Part shown: positions 43,651 to 53,671 of the stretch, in pieces
Layout: each line of letters begins with the position of its first letter
Position numbering within the stretch: position 1 is the stretch's first letter
NCBI GenBank assembly: GCA_963695985.1
Contig: CAVOIC010000001.1
Coordinates: 33,188 to 97,187, forward strand
DNA: 64,000 nt
Direction: 5' to 3'
Source: an uncultured Gammaproteobacteria bacterium
GTDB lineage: Bacteria > Pseudomonadota > Gammaproteobacteria > Steroidobacterales > Steroidobacteraceae
Notes under the pieces: generated by a model
Databases searched by the model: none
What the model saw: the letters and a program-made list of their open reading frames with translations, nothing else
Told to the model about the DNA's origin: nothing
Translations under genes and position numbers: made by a program

Positions 43651-44640
43651 TTACTCCTGAGTCGGTGCTTCAAGGCCGAGCAGTTGGCGCACCGCGCGCA
43701 CGATGTCCCTGCTGCCTGGCAGGAGCGCCCGCTCGAGCTCCGGAGCGAAAGGAATCGGCGCGAAGGGGCAACCAACGCGCAGCACCGGAGCGTCGAGTTC
43801 GTCGAACAGCTCAGTGCCGATGCGCGCCGCAATCTCGGCGCCTGCGCCACCGTTGCGCACCGCCTCGTGCGCAATCAGCACGCGGTGGGTCTTGGCCACC
43901 GACGCGGCGATGGTCGCCATATCGAGCGGCACCAGCGTTCGCAGATCGATGACTTCAGCCGAGACGCCCGCACGCGCCAGGGTCTCCGCCGCTTCCAGTG
44001 CATCTCGCACCATGGCCGAATACGCGATCACGGTGACATCCCTTCCCGAGCGCGCGATCCGAGCCTTGCCGATCGGCGGCAGCTCCGCGCCGTCCGCCAG
44101 CGCCTCTTTCATGGCGTAGAGACGCTTGTGCTCAATGAAGAGTACCGGGTCGCCGAGACGGATCGCACTCTTGAGGAGCCCGTAGGCCTCGGCGGGCGAT
44201 GAGGGCGCCACCACCACCAGCCCGGGCACATGGATGAACCAGGCCTCGAGGCTCTGCGAGTGCTGTGCTGCTGCGCCGCCCGCGGCACCAGCCTGGGTGC
44301 GCACGACCAGAGGAACGGCGAGTTGACCGCCCGACATGTAACGGTACTTCGCGGTCTGATTGACCAGGCAATCCATCGCCAGGGTTGCGAAATCGATGAA
44401 CATGATTTCGAGCACGGGCTTGAGACCACACAGCGCCGCACCCGTGGCGAGGCCCGTGATCGCCGCTTCGCTGATCGGCGTATTGCGCACGCGCTTTTCG
44501 CCGTGCTTCTGCGCGAGGCCTTTGGTAACCCCGAACGCCCCGCCGGCCGCGACGTCTTCGCCCAGCAGATAGACCGAGGCGTCACGCGCCAACTCCTCGT
44601 CGAGCGCACGGCGAAGAATTTCGATGAAGGTGTGCTCCAT
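43651..44640 (-). CDS. 2-oxoacid (acetoin-type) dehydrogenase E1 beta subunit (set 2)
   Basis: The motif VRNTPISEAAITGLATGAALCGLKPVLE is present. The stop is 6 nt before the E2 start. Confidence 0.9.
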   Translation of the reverse strand: MEHTFIEILRRALDEELARDASVYLLGEDVAAGGAFGVTKGLAQKHGEKRVRNTPISEAAITGLATGAALCGLKPVLEIMFIDFATLAMDCLVNQTAKYRYMSGGQLAVPLVVRTQAGAAGGAAAQHSQSLEAWFIHVPGLVVVAPSSPAEAYGLLKSAIRLGDPVLFIEHKRLYAMKEALADGAELPPIGKARIARSGRDVTVIAYSAMVRDALEAAETLARAGVSAEVIDLRTLVPLDMATIAASVAKTHRVLIAHEAVRNGGAGAEIAARIGTELFDELDAPVLRVGCPFAPIPFAPELERALLPGSRDIVRAVRQLLGLEAPTQE

Positions 44641-44646
44641 GGACGC

Positions 44647-45633
44647 TCAGCCGGGTATCGCGTTGAGGGAGGGCGAGCGGTAAACATAGTCCCGCACTGT
44701 CGCCGGATCGGGGCGCGGCGCGGCGCGGGCGCGTTCGACCGCCTGCTGCACCTCGAGCTTGGCACGCTCACCGATGGCGGCGAGCTCGTCCTCCTTGACA
44801 CCACGGTCTACGAGGTGGCGCTTCAGGCGCTCGATCGGACATTTCTCACGAATCGCTGCAAGCTCTTCCTTCGAGCGATACTGCTGCGCGTCGCCCACGT
44901 AGTGGCCTGCCATGCGGAACGTCATGCACTCGAGCAGATATGGGCATTCGCCCCTGCGCAGTGTTTCGATTGCCTCGCGCGCGGCCGCATACACGGTGGG
45001 CAGGTCGTTGCCGTCGATCGTCTTCGTGGGTATGGAGTACGGCGCGGCGAAGCTGCTGACGTGCGTGACGTTGGAGTGCTCTTCGCGACTGGTGAACTCG
45101 GCATAGCCGTTGTTCTCGCAGACGAAGAGCACCGGCAGCCGCCACAGTGCGGCGAGGTTCAGCGTTTCGTGGAACGCGCCGGCGCCCGTCGCACCGTCGC
45201 CGAAGAACACGACACTGATGTTCTGCTTGCCCTGCGCTTGCGCCGCCCACGCGGCGCCTGCAGCGAGAGCGAGGTTGCCCGCCACGACACCGGTCGCGCC
45301 CAATACGCCGTTTGCGGCGTCGACCAGGTGCATCGAGCCACCGCGACCGCGGCACAGGCCATCCTCGCGGCCGAGGATTTCGGCGAATGTCGTTTGCAGG
45401 TCGCTGCCCTTGGCGAGCACGTGGCCGTGACCGCGATGACTGGTGAACAATACGTCGTCGCTGGAAAGGTGCGCACAGATGCCGACGGCAACTGCTTCCT
45501 GCCCGGTCGACAGGTGTGGAAATCCCGGAATCTCGCCGGCGGCGGCAAGCCGCTGCACCTGACCTTCGAATAGCCGTATCCGCCAGAGCGCGTGATACAT
45601 CTGCTTCCAGTCATCTAGCGTCGGCGCAGCCAC
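44647..45633 (-). CDS. 2-oxoacid (acetoin-type) dehydrogenase E1 alpha subunit (set 2)
   Basis: GRGGSMH and [33 protein letters not shown] are present. This is the first gene of the E1alpha-E1beta-E2 string. Confidence 0.9.
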   Translation of the reverse strand: [328 protein letters not shown]

Positions 45634-45771
45634 ATTCTCGCCTCATTGTTGGAACATTGGTTTCGACCCCTAGGATAATAGACTCTCCCGGCACAATTCG
45701 ACGCTGCTTTGGATGAGAATAGTCGAGGCATCACATGGCTGCGCGCCATCGACTTTGACTGTCGAAGCCAA

Positions 45772-47190
45772 CTAGGCCGCCAGTACCTTGCCCGGATTCA
45801 TCAGGCCGTGGGGATCGATCGCATGCTTGACGGCGCGCATCAGATCGAGCTCCACAGTCGACTTGTAGCGTGCGGCCTCGTCGCGGCGGAGGATGCCAAG
45901 CCCGTGTTCTGCGGAGATGGAACCGCCCGCAGAGGTTACGGCGTCGTGGACGATTCGGTTCAGCTCAGGTTCTGCTGCCAAGAAAGAACCGCGATCGGCG
46001 CCGTTTGCGGGAGACAAGTTGAAATGCAGATTGCCGTCACCCGCGTGCCCGAACACGACTAGCCGAATGCTCGGCCATCGAGCCTCGATTGCCTTACTGG
46101 TTGAGTCGACGAATGCTGCCAGGCGCGATAGCGCCAACGAGATGTCGTGCTTAATCGCCGGCCCCTCGCGACTCTGTGATTCAGAGATATTCTCGCGCAA
46201 CGACCACAACTGGCGCGCCTGTGCGAGTGATCCGGCAACGACACCATCGCTCGTGATTCCAAGTTCGAACGCGCGCACGAGAAGCTCGTGGAGACCAGAC
46301 TCTGCATTCTGATCGCTGGTCGGATCTGAGACTTCAATGAGGACGTACCACGGGGAGGGTTGCTCGAGAGGTGAGCGTTGTGTGGGATGATGTCGCAGGA
46401 CGAGATCCAGACAGGAGTGGGACTCGAGCTCGAAAGCCGTCAGCCGACTGTCCAGCGCATCGCGAGCGAGGTCTAGTAATTCAATAGCGGCGTGTACGGC
46501 CTTGACGGCGAGAAACGCTACTGCTCGTCCCTTGGGCCTGGCATGCAGTCGCAGTACGGCGGCTGTAATGACGCCGAGCGTGCCCTCGGAGCCAATGAAC
46601 ATGTCGCGCAGATCGTAGCCCGCGTTGTTCTTGCGCAGACCGTGCAGTCCATTCCAGACGATGCCATTCGGTGTGACAACCTCAAGCCCAAGACAGAGAT
46701 CGCGCGCATTACCGTAGCGAAGAACGCCTGTGCCGCCGGCGTTGGTTGCCAGGTTTCCGCCAATCGTGCATGACCCTTCCGCGGCCAGGCTGAGTGGGAA
46801 GAACTTTCCCGCGCTTGCCGCTGCCTCTTGCACGTCGCGCAGAATGCAGCCGGCCTCTGCTATCAGGGTGCTGTTGTAGCCATCGATAGCGCGAATCCGG
46901 TTCAGTCGGGCGAGCGACAGCAGGAGTGACTGGCCAGATTCGTCCGGCACCGATCCACCCGATAGACCCGTGTTGCCGCCCTGGGGCACGACGGGAATCC
47001 CACGCGCCGCGCACCAGCGCACGACTGCAGCGACGTCGTCGGTCGTGTCGGGTTGCACAACGCAGCGCGCGCGGCCTGTCCACTTTTGGCGCCAGTCGGT
47101 CAGAAACGGTGCCATATCTGACGGGTCGGTGAGGAGTCGGCCCGTGAACACTGCCCGCAGTGTGCCGAGATCAAGCGCGTCATTCATCAC
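45772..47190 (-). CDS. FAD-linked oxidase (GlcD / D-2-hydroxyacid dehydrogenase family)
   Basis: An FAD-binding PCMH domain (VVPQGGNTGLSGGSVP) and a C-terminal FAD-oxidase domain (GSISAEHGLG) are present. Confidence 0.85.
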   Translation of the reverse strand: MMNDALDLGTLRAVFTGRLLTDPSDMAPFLTDWRQKWTGRARCVVQPDTTDDVAAVVRWCAARGIPVVPQGGNTGLSGGSVPDESGQSLLLSLARLNRIRAIDGYNSTLIAEAGCILRDVQEAAASAGKFFPLSLAAEGSCTIGGNLATNAGGTGVLRYGNARDLCLGLEVVTPNGIVWNGLHGLRKNNAGYDLRDMFIGSEGTLGVITAAVLRLHARPKGRAVAFLAVKAVHAAIELLDLARDALDSRLTAFELESHSCLDLVLRHHPTQRSPLEQPSPWYVLIEVSDPTSDQNAESGLHELLVRAFELGITSDGVVAGSLAQARQLWSLRENISESQSREGPAIKHDISLALSRLAAFVDSTSKAIEARWPSIRLVVFGHAGDGNLHFNLSPANGADRGSFLAAEPELNRIVHDAVTSAGGSISAEHGLGILRRDEAARYKSTVELDLMRAVKHAIDPHGLMNPGKVLAA

Positions 47191-47247
47191 GGGCGGCCTT
47201 AGCAGTGACTTCCCACGGCTGGATACGTGGACCTGTGTCAGGTCGGA

Positions 47248-48003
47248 CTACTGCGGCCGATGTGCGGCTGTGAGCCCACCATCGATGATCCAGTCCTGAC
47301 CATTGACATACGAGGCCGCGCCAGAGAGGAGGAACGCGACGACCTCCGCAATTTCTTCCGGCCGACCGAATCGATGATTCGGAACCTGCGCTTTCATCGC
47401 CTCTGCGACTGATGGTGGCAGGTCGCGCTCATTGAACTGTCCAGTGTTGACGTAGCCGGGGCTGACCGAATTGACGCGGATGTCGCGGGGTGCCAGTTCC
47501 ACGGCCAAACCCTTGACCAGACAGGCGAGTGCCGCCTTAGTGGGCGAGTACAGCGTGGCCCCGGCCAGACCACGGTGGTAGGTCCACGAGGCATTGACGA
47601 CGATAGCGCCGCCGTCCCGCATCACCCCTAGAGCCTTCTGGATCGTGAAGAACGTTCCCTTGTAGTTGACACTTGTAAGGAAATCGAAGTCGCCTTCGGT
47701 CCACTGACTGAATGGCTTGAAAAGCCCGAGCCCGGAGTTTGCAAACAGCACGTCGATTCTTCCGAACCGCGACTGGATCTTATCGACCAGAGCGTCGACG
47801 TCGGCGAGCCGGGCGCCATCGGCGACCACTGGGACTACGGCGTCCTGCCTCGCAAAGTCGCGGTGGGCTGCATGCAGTTTCGCTTCGTGGCGGCCGGTGA
47901 TAATGACGGTCGCGCCGTGCTGGTTCAGGAGTCTGGCCGTCGCCAGTCCGATCCCCGATGAACCCCCGGTGATCAGGGCAATCCGCTGTTCGAACCCAGG
48001 CAT
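47248..48003 (-). CDS. SDR-family oxidoreductase
   Basis: From ATG (cat 48001-48003) the motifs ALITGGSSGIGLA, NASW..., YSPTKAA and a PG motif are present. Confidence 0.85.
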   Translation of the reverse strand: MPGFEQRIALITGGSSGIGLATARLLNQHGATVIITGRHEAKLHAAHRDFARQDAVVPVVADGARLADVDALVDKIQSRFGRIDVLFANSGLGLFKPFSQWTEGDFDFLTSVNYKGTFFTIQKALGVMRDGGAIVVNASWTYHRGLAGATLYSPTKAALACLVKGLAVELAPRDIRVNSVSPGYVNTGQFNERDLPPSVAEAMKAQVPNHRFGRPEEIAEVVAFLLSGAASYVNGQDWIIDGGLTAAHRPQ

Positions 48004-48035
48004 TCCGCTGACCCGTTGAGTACGTGTTGGCCGAG

Positions 48036-49037
48036 TTACGGCGCTTGTTGGTGGAACGACTCGAGCGGAGCCGCCGACCGCCAAGTTCGAGTGTCGGTCT
48101 CGACTTTCCGAGGGCCACGTTCACGGCTCCTCAAGATGTCAATAAACCGATGGGCCACCGGCGGCAGGGTCCGGCCCTTGAGGTAGCTAATGCTCGGCTC
48201 ACAGTAGAGCACGTCACACTGATCCATGCGCAGCTCGACCAAGGTGCCTGTCGCGAGCTCTCTTTCAAAAAGCCTGCGAGGTCCACCGGTAATGTAGTTG
48301 GCCCGACTGACCAGGTTACGCAGCAGCGGGATGTTCCGGCACTGAATGCGATGGATCGCAGCGTAGTACGCCTGTGGCGACATATCGCTGGGTGCATGCT
48401 CGGTGAGCCAGACACGCAGCCGCTCGCTCATCCTCGGCAGCGCCAATGGAAATTCGAGAAAGTCACTCGGCGCCACGCGCTTGTCGGCGGCGAGCGGGTG
48501 CTCCGGTCGACAGACGAGGATGTTTTCGACTTTTCCGAGCGAGATGACCTCAAGGTCCGCCTCGTCCTGCAGCCGTGCGATGTCGACGACGAAAAGGTGC
48601 AGGTCACCCTGTCGCACCAGTCTTGGCAGGTTGGACCAGTCGTCGACTATGACCTCGATGCGCACGTCCGGCAGTTCCTCAACAAGCATCGAAAGTGGCT
48701 CGGGGAGCACCGATTCGGCCATGATTGGCCCCGTCCCGATCTTCAGTTCGCCCCCGCACTGTTGCTCAAGCGAGTCCAGCCGGTGATTCATCTCATCGAG
48801 CTCGACGAATACTCGGTGCGCGTGTTCCAGGATCACTTCACAAGATGGCGTCGGTGCAATGACCCCGGCGTGCCGATCGAACAGCGTGACCCCAAGCATT
48901 GATTCGAGGTGCTGAATGCTCTTGGTCAAGGCGGGCTGGGAAATGCAGAGTGATTCCGCGGCCCGACGGAAGTTCTTGTACCGATCGAGCTCGAGGATGT
49001 GTCTCAGCTGCCGCATGTCCAGCATTCTCGAGGTCAT
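48036..49037 (-). CDS. LysR-family transcriptional regulator
   Basis: There is an N-terminal HTH (LRHILELDRYKNFRRAAESLCISQPALTKSIQHLE) and a LysR substrate-binding domain. The start may be an internal ATG a few codons in. Confidence 0.9.
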   Translation of the reverse strand: MTSRMLDMRQLRHILELDRYKNFRRAAESLCISQPALTKSIQHLESMLGVTLFDRHAGVIAPTPSCEVILEHAHRVFVELDEMNHRLDSLEQQCGGELKIGTGPIMAESVLPEPLSMLVEELPDVRIEVIVDDWSNLPRLVRQGDLHLFVVDIARLQDEADLEVISLGKVENILVCRPEHPLAADKRVAPSDFLEFPLALPRMSERLRVWLTEHAPSDMSPQAYYAAIHRIQCRNIPLLRNLVSRANYITGGPRRLFERELATGTLVELRMDQCDVLYCEPSISYLKGRTLPPVAHRFIDILRSRERGPRKVETDTRTWRSAAPLESFHQQAP

Positions 49038-49081
49038 TGTCTATCTCCCATTGTTTGAGGGGTCGCCACCTTGTCAGCTCA

Positions 49082-50767
49082 CTACATACTCTGACGGGTG
49101 GTGCCCTTGGACCTCAGTTCGGCGAGCCGTCGGAATGCGTTGATGCGTTCGAGACTCGTCTTGATGTCGACAACGACTGGCCCGTCCTGCTCGAGCGCCT
49201 CACGGATTACAGCGCTGACGTCACCCGGGGATGAAATCGTCAGCCCCGTGGCCCCGAAAGACCGCGCGAGCGCTGCAAAATCCGGATTCGATAGATTAGT
49301 CGCGATTACGCGCCCCGGGTACGCAGCCTCCTGGTGGGCGCGAATCACGCCATAGCTGCCATTGTTGGCGATCAGGATTTTGGGCGTCGCGCCAGTGGCC
49401 ATCGCCGTAGCAAGCTCGTTGCCGGTCATCATGAATCCGCCGTCCCCAACGAGCGCTACGATCTGCCGCTCGGGGTAACGCAATGAGGCGGCGACCGCGG
49501 CTGGCACTGCCAGGCCCATCGAGCCACCTACTGCGCCGACCATATCCTGTGTCGCGCGAAACCGAACGTGAGCGTGAATCCAAGAGACGAAATTGCCCGC
49601 GTCGAGCGTAACGATCGCGTCGTCGGCAAGCCGGCGGCCAAGCTCCAGTGCGACTCGCCCAAAATCGACCCCGTCGTCCATGTCGGCCGGTGTGTAGCTC
49701 GACAATTGGTCGCGTACCGCTCGAAGTCTTTCGATCCATGCTAGCCGCCGCGGTTGACCGCGCGGCGGTTGCGCGCAAATGGCGGCGAGCACGGGCTGCG
49801 CGTTCGCGACAATGGGCAGCTCGGTCCTGTGATTGCGGCCTACGACTGCGGCATCCGGATAGATGTGGATCAGCGCCTGGGCCGGTGTCGGTGCCAACGG
49901 GAACCGATAACGCTGTGTGCTGATGTCCCCGAGTCGAGTGCCAAGGCCGATGATCAGATCGGCCTCCGCGAGTACCTTGGCGAGCGCCGGAGGGACGATG
50001 AATCCGATGTGGCCGATCCAGTGGTCATGATCGTTGGGGAATACGCATTGATGCTTGTTGGTTGCAGCGACCGGCACTGACCAAGACTCGCTGAACGCCA
50101 GCAACTCGGACCGCGCTGCGCGCGGCTCGCAGTCGCCCCCCGCGAGCACCATCGGACGCTCGGAGCGCGCTACCATCTCGGCGAGCGCCTGGACGTCGAC
50201 TTGACCGGGAGCCATCGGGCGGGCGGGCCGCGCCGCCGCGATGGATGCCTGCGTGCGTTCCTCAAACACGTCCTCGGGCACAGAAATGACAACCGGTCCG
50301 GGCGTGCCCGCGGTGGCTTCGTGTACAGCACGGGCAACGAATTCGGACACACGTGAAGGGTCACGGACTTCAATGGTCCATTTGGCAAGGTCCGAATACG
50401 TTTTGATGTAGTCGACTTCCTGAAAGGCGCCACGACCCAGATTCGACCGCTCGACCTGACCAATGATGAAGATGACTGGCACGGCGTCTTGCTGGGCCAC
50501 ATGCACAGCCAGCGTCGCGTTGGCGGCGCCCGGGCCTCTGGATACGAAACATGCACCGACCTTTCCGGTGAGGCGTGCGTCCGCGACGGCCATAAGACCA
50601 GCGCCCCCTTCGTGCCGACAGCACACAAGATCGATGGCCGGCTCGTCGTAGAAGGCATCCAGGGCAGCGATGTAGCTTTCGCCGGGAACGCAGAAGACAC
50701 GATCGACACCCGCCGTTCGGAGCGTTTTGACCAGCGCTTGTGCACCGGTGATGAAGAGTGTCGACAT
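49082..50767 (-). CDS. Thiamine-diphosphate-binding enzyme (acetolactate synthase large subunit-like family)
   Basis: The three-domain pattern is present, including the TPP motif GDGGFMMTGNELATA...NNGSYG. Specific activity cannot be assigned. Confidence 0.85.
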   Translation of the reverse strand: MSTLFITGAQALVKTLRTAGVDRVFCVPGESYIAALDAFYDEPAIDLVCCRHEGGAGLMAVADARLTGKVGACFVSRGPGAANATLAVHVAQQDAVPVIFIIGQVERSNLGRGAFQEVDYIKTYSDLAKWTIEVRDPSRVSEFVARAVHEATAGTPGPVVISVPEDVFEERTQASIAAARPARPMAPGQVDVQALAEMVARSERPMVLAGGDCEPRAARSELLAFSESWSVPVAATNKHQCVFPNDHDHWIGHIGFIVPPALAKVLAEADLIIGLGTRLGDISTQRYRFPLAPTPAQALIHIYPDAAVVGRNHRTELPIVANAQPVLAAICAQPPRGQPRRLAWIERLRAVRDQLSSYTPADMDDGVDFGRVALELGRRLADDAIVTLDAGNFVSWIHAHVRFRATQDMVGAVGGSMGLAVPAAVAASLRYPERQIVALVGDGGFMMTGNELATAMATGATPKILIANNGSYGVIRAHQEAAYPGRVIATNLSNPDFAALARSFGATGLTISSPGDVSAVIREALEQDGPVVVDIKTSLERINAFRRLAELRSKGTTRQSM

Positions 50768-50821
50768 GAGAACTCAGCCTCGCGCGAATTCGGCCGCAGG
50801 TCGCGGTTCTGCTGACAATCG

Positions 50822-51688
50822 TTAGATGCCCCGGAACTTGGGCGTCCGTTTGCTGGCAAAGGCAGCCAAACCCTCCGCCCGATCCCAGGACGATCGGTGC
50901 AGCTTTAGCATCTCCTTCTCATTGGTTAGCGCCTGTTCCAACGAGACCAGTAATGCGCGGTCTACAAGAGTCTTCATGCGCTTCAGCCCGAGCGGCGAGC
51001 GACTCGCTATCCTGGCAGCCAGTCGGTTGACCGCGTCGTGGAATTCTTCAGGCAAAAAGACACACTGTATCAATCCGCATGCGAGCAGCCGCTCAGCTTC
51101 GATCAGGTCGCCGGTGAATGACAGCCACTTCGCTGCGGCGGCGCCGATGCGGCGTGGCAACCGTGCCGATGCTCCGCCGCCGGGCAGGAGTCCGTAGCGG
51201 GCGTGGCCATCGCCTACCCGCGCATCGGTCCGCGCGACGATCAAGTCAGCGCACAGCGCCAACTCCAGACCGGCCCCGAGTGTCGTTCCGTTGAGGGCGG
51301 CGATGACCGGGAATGGCAATCGCTCAATCCGATTCAGCACCTCGTTCACGTCCTCGATGAATCGTTCCAGTTGACGCTCACGATCATTGTCGTCCTCACC
51401 GCCTACGAATCCGAGATCAGAGCCGCTGCAGAAGGAATCGCCGGCTCCGGTCAGCACGATTGAGCGAATAGCCGAGTCCGCTTCGATTGCATCGAGTGCA
51501 GTGCGCAGTGACGCCAACAACGTGGGATTAACGGAGTTCAGAGCAGCCGGCCGATTCAACGTGAGCCACACGACGTGGTCCCTACGCTCGATCAGAAGTT
51601 CGTCCGAGCCGGGTATGCTGCTCGCCATGGCGATTGAGTTCGTTGACTGTGACCGCGATGCATTGCATATTGCCACTGTCATACTCAC
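50822..51688 (-). CDS. Enoyl-CoA hydratase/isomerase (crotonase) family protein
   Basis: WLTLNRPAALNSV and LTGAGDSFCSGSDL are present, plus the ...ALNGTTLGAGLELALCADL oxyanion-hole pattern. Confidence 0.85.
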   Translation of the reverse strand: MSMTVAICNASRSQSTNSIAMASSIPGSDELLIERRDHVVWLTLNRPAALNSVNPTLLASLRTALDAIEADSAIRSIVLTGAGDSFCSGSDLGFVGGEDDNDRERQLERFIEDVNEVLNRIERLPFPVIAALNGTTLGAGLELALCADLIVARTDARVGDGHARYGLLPGGGASARLPRRIGAAAAKWLSFTGDLIEAERLLACGLIQCVFLPEEFHDAVNRLAARIASRSPLGLKRMKTLVDRALLVSLEQALTNEKEMLKLHRSSWDRAEGLAAFASKRTPKFRGI

Positions 51689-51778
51689 TGGTCAAAAAAA
51701 CAACCAACGCGTCCATACTGATGGTAGTTTCGCAAGGACCGTGTTCGGCGGTCCGCGGCGACGAACAGAGGTATTCGC

Positions 51779-52360
51779 ATGAGCCGAGAGAGTCTATATG
51801 CGGTGGTTGTGCTGTTGGCGGTCGTGGCCTTCGGTGTGGCCGGCCCTGCCATCGCGGATCCACCCGAGCAACACAACGGTCGTCCCGGCGTTTACCCCGC
51901 GGATTTCGGCATGACGCTGGACCAGCAGGGTGCACGCAAGTTTACCGCCAACGACATCAGAAGCTTCGTGTATCACGTGTTCTCGATGTACGAGCGGGCC
52001 ACCAGCAATACCCGACGCGTGGGCCCGGAGGCGTTCCGGCTTTTCGTTGATGACAACGTGCGCATCGATTTTCCTGACTACAAGATCGCGAACTGGTCCC
52101 AATTCGTCGAATGGCACAAATGGATTCATGGGCGCCTGATCGGCGATGACCATGTACTTGGGCCGATCGAAGTCAAGTTCATGAGCGACGGCAGCTATCA
52201 GGTGCACTTCGTGGTCGTGTGGCGGGCACTGTTCAAGACGGGCGAGTACACAGAGGCCCGAATTGAGCAGACCTGGAGGCTGCGTGAGCAGGAGGACCGG
52301 GACCTCCCAGTCATTGAGACTTATGTGGCGAAGATCGCCGACCCTCGCGTCCTTGACTGA
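51779..52360 (+). CDS. Secreted hypothetical protein, NTF2/SnoaL-like fold suspected
   Basis: A signal peptide is present (AVVVLLAVVAFGVAGPAIA). The ~165-aa mature part has a pattern reminiscent of SnoaL-like proteins. This is a low-certainty fold guess. Confidence 0.45.
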   Translation: MSRESLYAVVVLLAVVAFGVAGPAIADPPEQHNGRPGVYPADFGMTLDQQGARKFTANDIRSFVYHVFSMYERATSNTRRVGPEAFRLFVDDNVRIDFPDYKIANWSQFVEWHKWIHGRLIGDDHVLGPIEVKFMSDGSYQVHFVVVWRALFKTGEYTEARIEQTWRLREQEDRDLPVIETYVAKIADPRVLD

Positions 52361-52495
52361 GTAAGCACCTCACGAAGCAACTTGGGTTCACACTCTGCTG
52401 CCTAGTCAGTTCACATACCAGAGGGTATGATTCCTGTCGCTCGGGTCGGTCATGGTCGAATGCCCGGGCAAGTACATTTGGAACGGGAGCGGTCG

Positions 52496-53671
52496 ATGGG
52501 ACGCGCGTCGAGGGCCTTTATCGTCGGCGTTGGCGAAAGCGCGTATACGAGATGGGGCGCGATGACGGACCAAAGCGAATTGGGTATGGCGCTTGAGTCC
52601 GTCACGGCCGCGGCCAGGGATGCCGGCATCGCCACGAGCGACATCGACGGGTTCGCTTCCTACTCCAACGACGCCAATCTTCCCGCGCAGATGCAGCTCG
52701 GCCTCGGCGTTCCGATGTTGCGCCACGCGTCGATGGTGTGGGGCGGAGGTGGAGGCGGGTTGCTCGGAGCTGTCGCCCACGCTGTCGCGGCGGTCGAAGC
52801 GGGCCATGCAAACTGCATCGCCGTGTTTCGCGCGCTCGCTCAGGGCCAGCGCGGACGGCTGGGCCAGGGCGGCAAGGCCGGTCCGACATTCAATGCGACG
52901 GCGCCGTTCGGGCTACTGATTCCCGCCCAGCAGGCTGCACTGATGATGCGGCGTCACTTTCATGATCATGGCACCTCACCAGACACGCTGGCCGAAATCG
53001 CCGTAGTGTGTCGCGAGAACGCGCAAGCGAACCCGAAAGCACTGATGTGCGGCCGACCGATGGATCGGGCTGCTTATTTCGAATCCCGCATGATATCCGA
53101 TCCCCTACGCCTGTTTGATTGCTGCCTTGAGAGCGATGCAGCGGCGGCCGTGCTGGTAACGACAGCTGATCGAGCGAAGGACCTGCGCGCCGTGCCAGTA
53201 GAGATCCTGGCGGTCGGCGTCGGCGGTGGGCAGGCTTGGGGCATGGGATTTCTGGGCGGCCACAACATGCCGGTCGAGCGCTATTCGCACGGCAATGCGA
53301 ATGAACTCGGGGCCGAACTCTTCGCTCGCGCGGGCATCGCGCCCGACGACGTCGATGTTGCTCAGCTGTACGACGCATTCACTCCGATGGTCGTGCAGGC
53401 ACTCGGCGACTACGGCTTCTGCGCGCACGATGAGGTGGCCCAATTCGTGGCGAGTGGTGCACTGCGCCGGGGCGGCTCCCTGCCGATCAACACATCCGGG
53501 GGCTCCCTATCTGAAGCATACGTGCACGGAATGAATCTGCTGATCGAACTCGTTCGCCAGCTCAGGGGCGAAGCCTTGAATCAGGTCGAGCATGCGCAGC
53601 TGGGGTTCATTGCCGGCGGCCCAGGCGTGGCGCCGACAAGCGCGGCGGTGCTCGCAAGGCGCTCCCCTTGA
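52496..53671 (+). CDS. Thiolase-fold lipid-transfer-protein-like enzyme (SCP-x / Ltp type)
   Basis: ATG 52496 follows GGGAG. AFIVGVGES, LFDCCLESDAAAAVLV and INTSGGSLSEAYVHGMN are typical of Ltp-type thiolases that pair with DUF35 proteins. Confidence 0.85.
   Translation: MGRASRAFIVGVGESAYTRWGAMTDQSELGMALESVTAAARDAGIATSDIDGFASYSNDANLPAQMQLGLGVPMLRHASMVWGGGGGGLLGAVAHAVAAVEAGHANCIAVFRALAQGQRGRLGQGGKAGPTFNATAPFGLLIPAQQAALMMRRHFHDHGTSPDTLAEIAVVCRENAQANPKALMCGRPMDRAAYFESRMISDPLRLFDCCLESDAAAAVLVTTADRAKDLRAVPVEILAVGVGGGQAWGMGFLGGHNMPVERYSHGNANELGAELFARAGIAPDDVDVAQLYDAFTPMVVQALGDYGFCAHDEVAQFVASGALRRGGSLPINTSGGSLSEAYVHGMNLLIELVRQLRGEALNQVEHAQLGFIAGGPGVAPTSAAVLARRSP

Noticed and set aside
42631-45573. 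523-aa and 447-aa plus-strand ORFs opposite the E2/E1beta/E1alpha genes
   Set aside because: These are shadow ORFs of GC-rich coding DNA. The minus-strand frames carry the lipoyl, PSBD, DHRVADG and TPP motifs.
45650-45665. Sigma-54-like element TGGAAC-N5-TTTCG upstream of the E1alpha operon
   Set aside because: It is a poor match to TGGCAC-N5-TTGC. It lies on the plus strand whereas the adjacent operon is on the minus strand.
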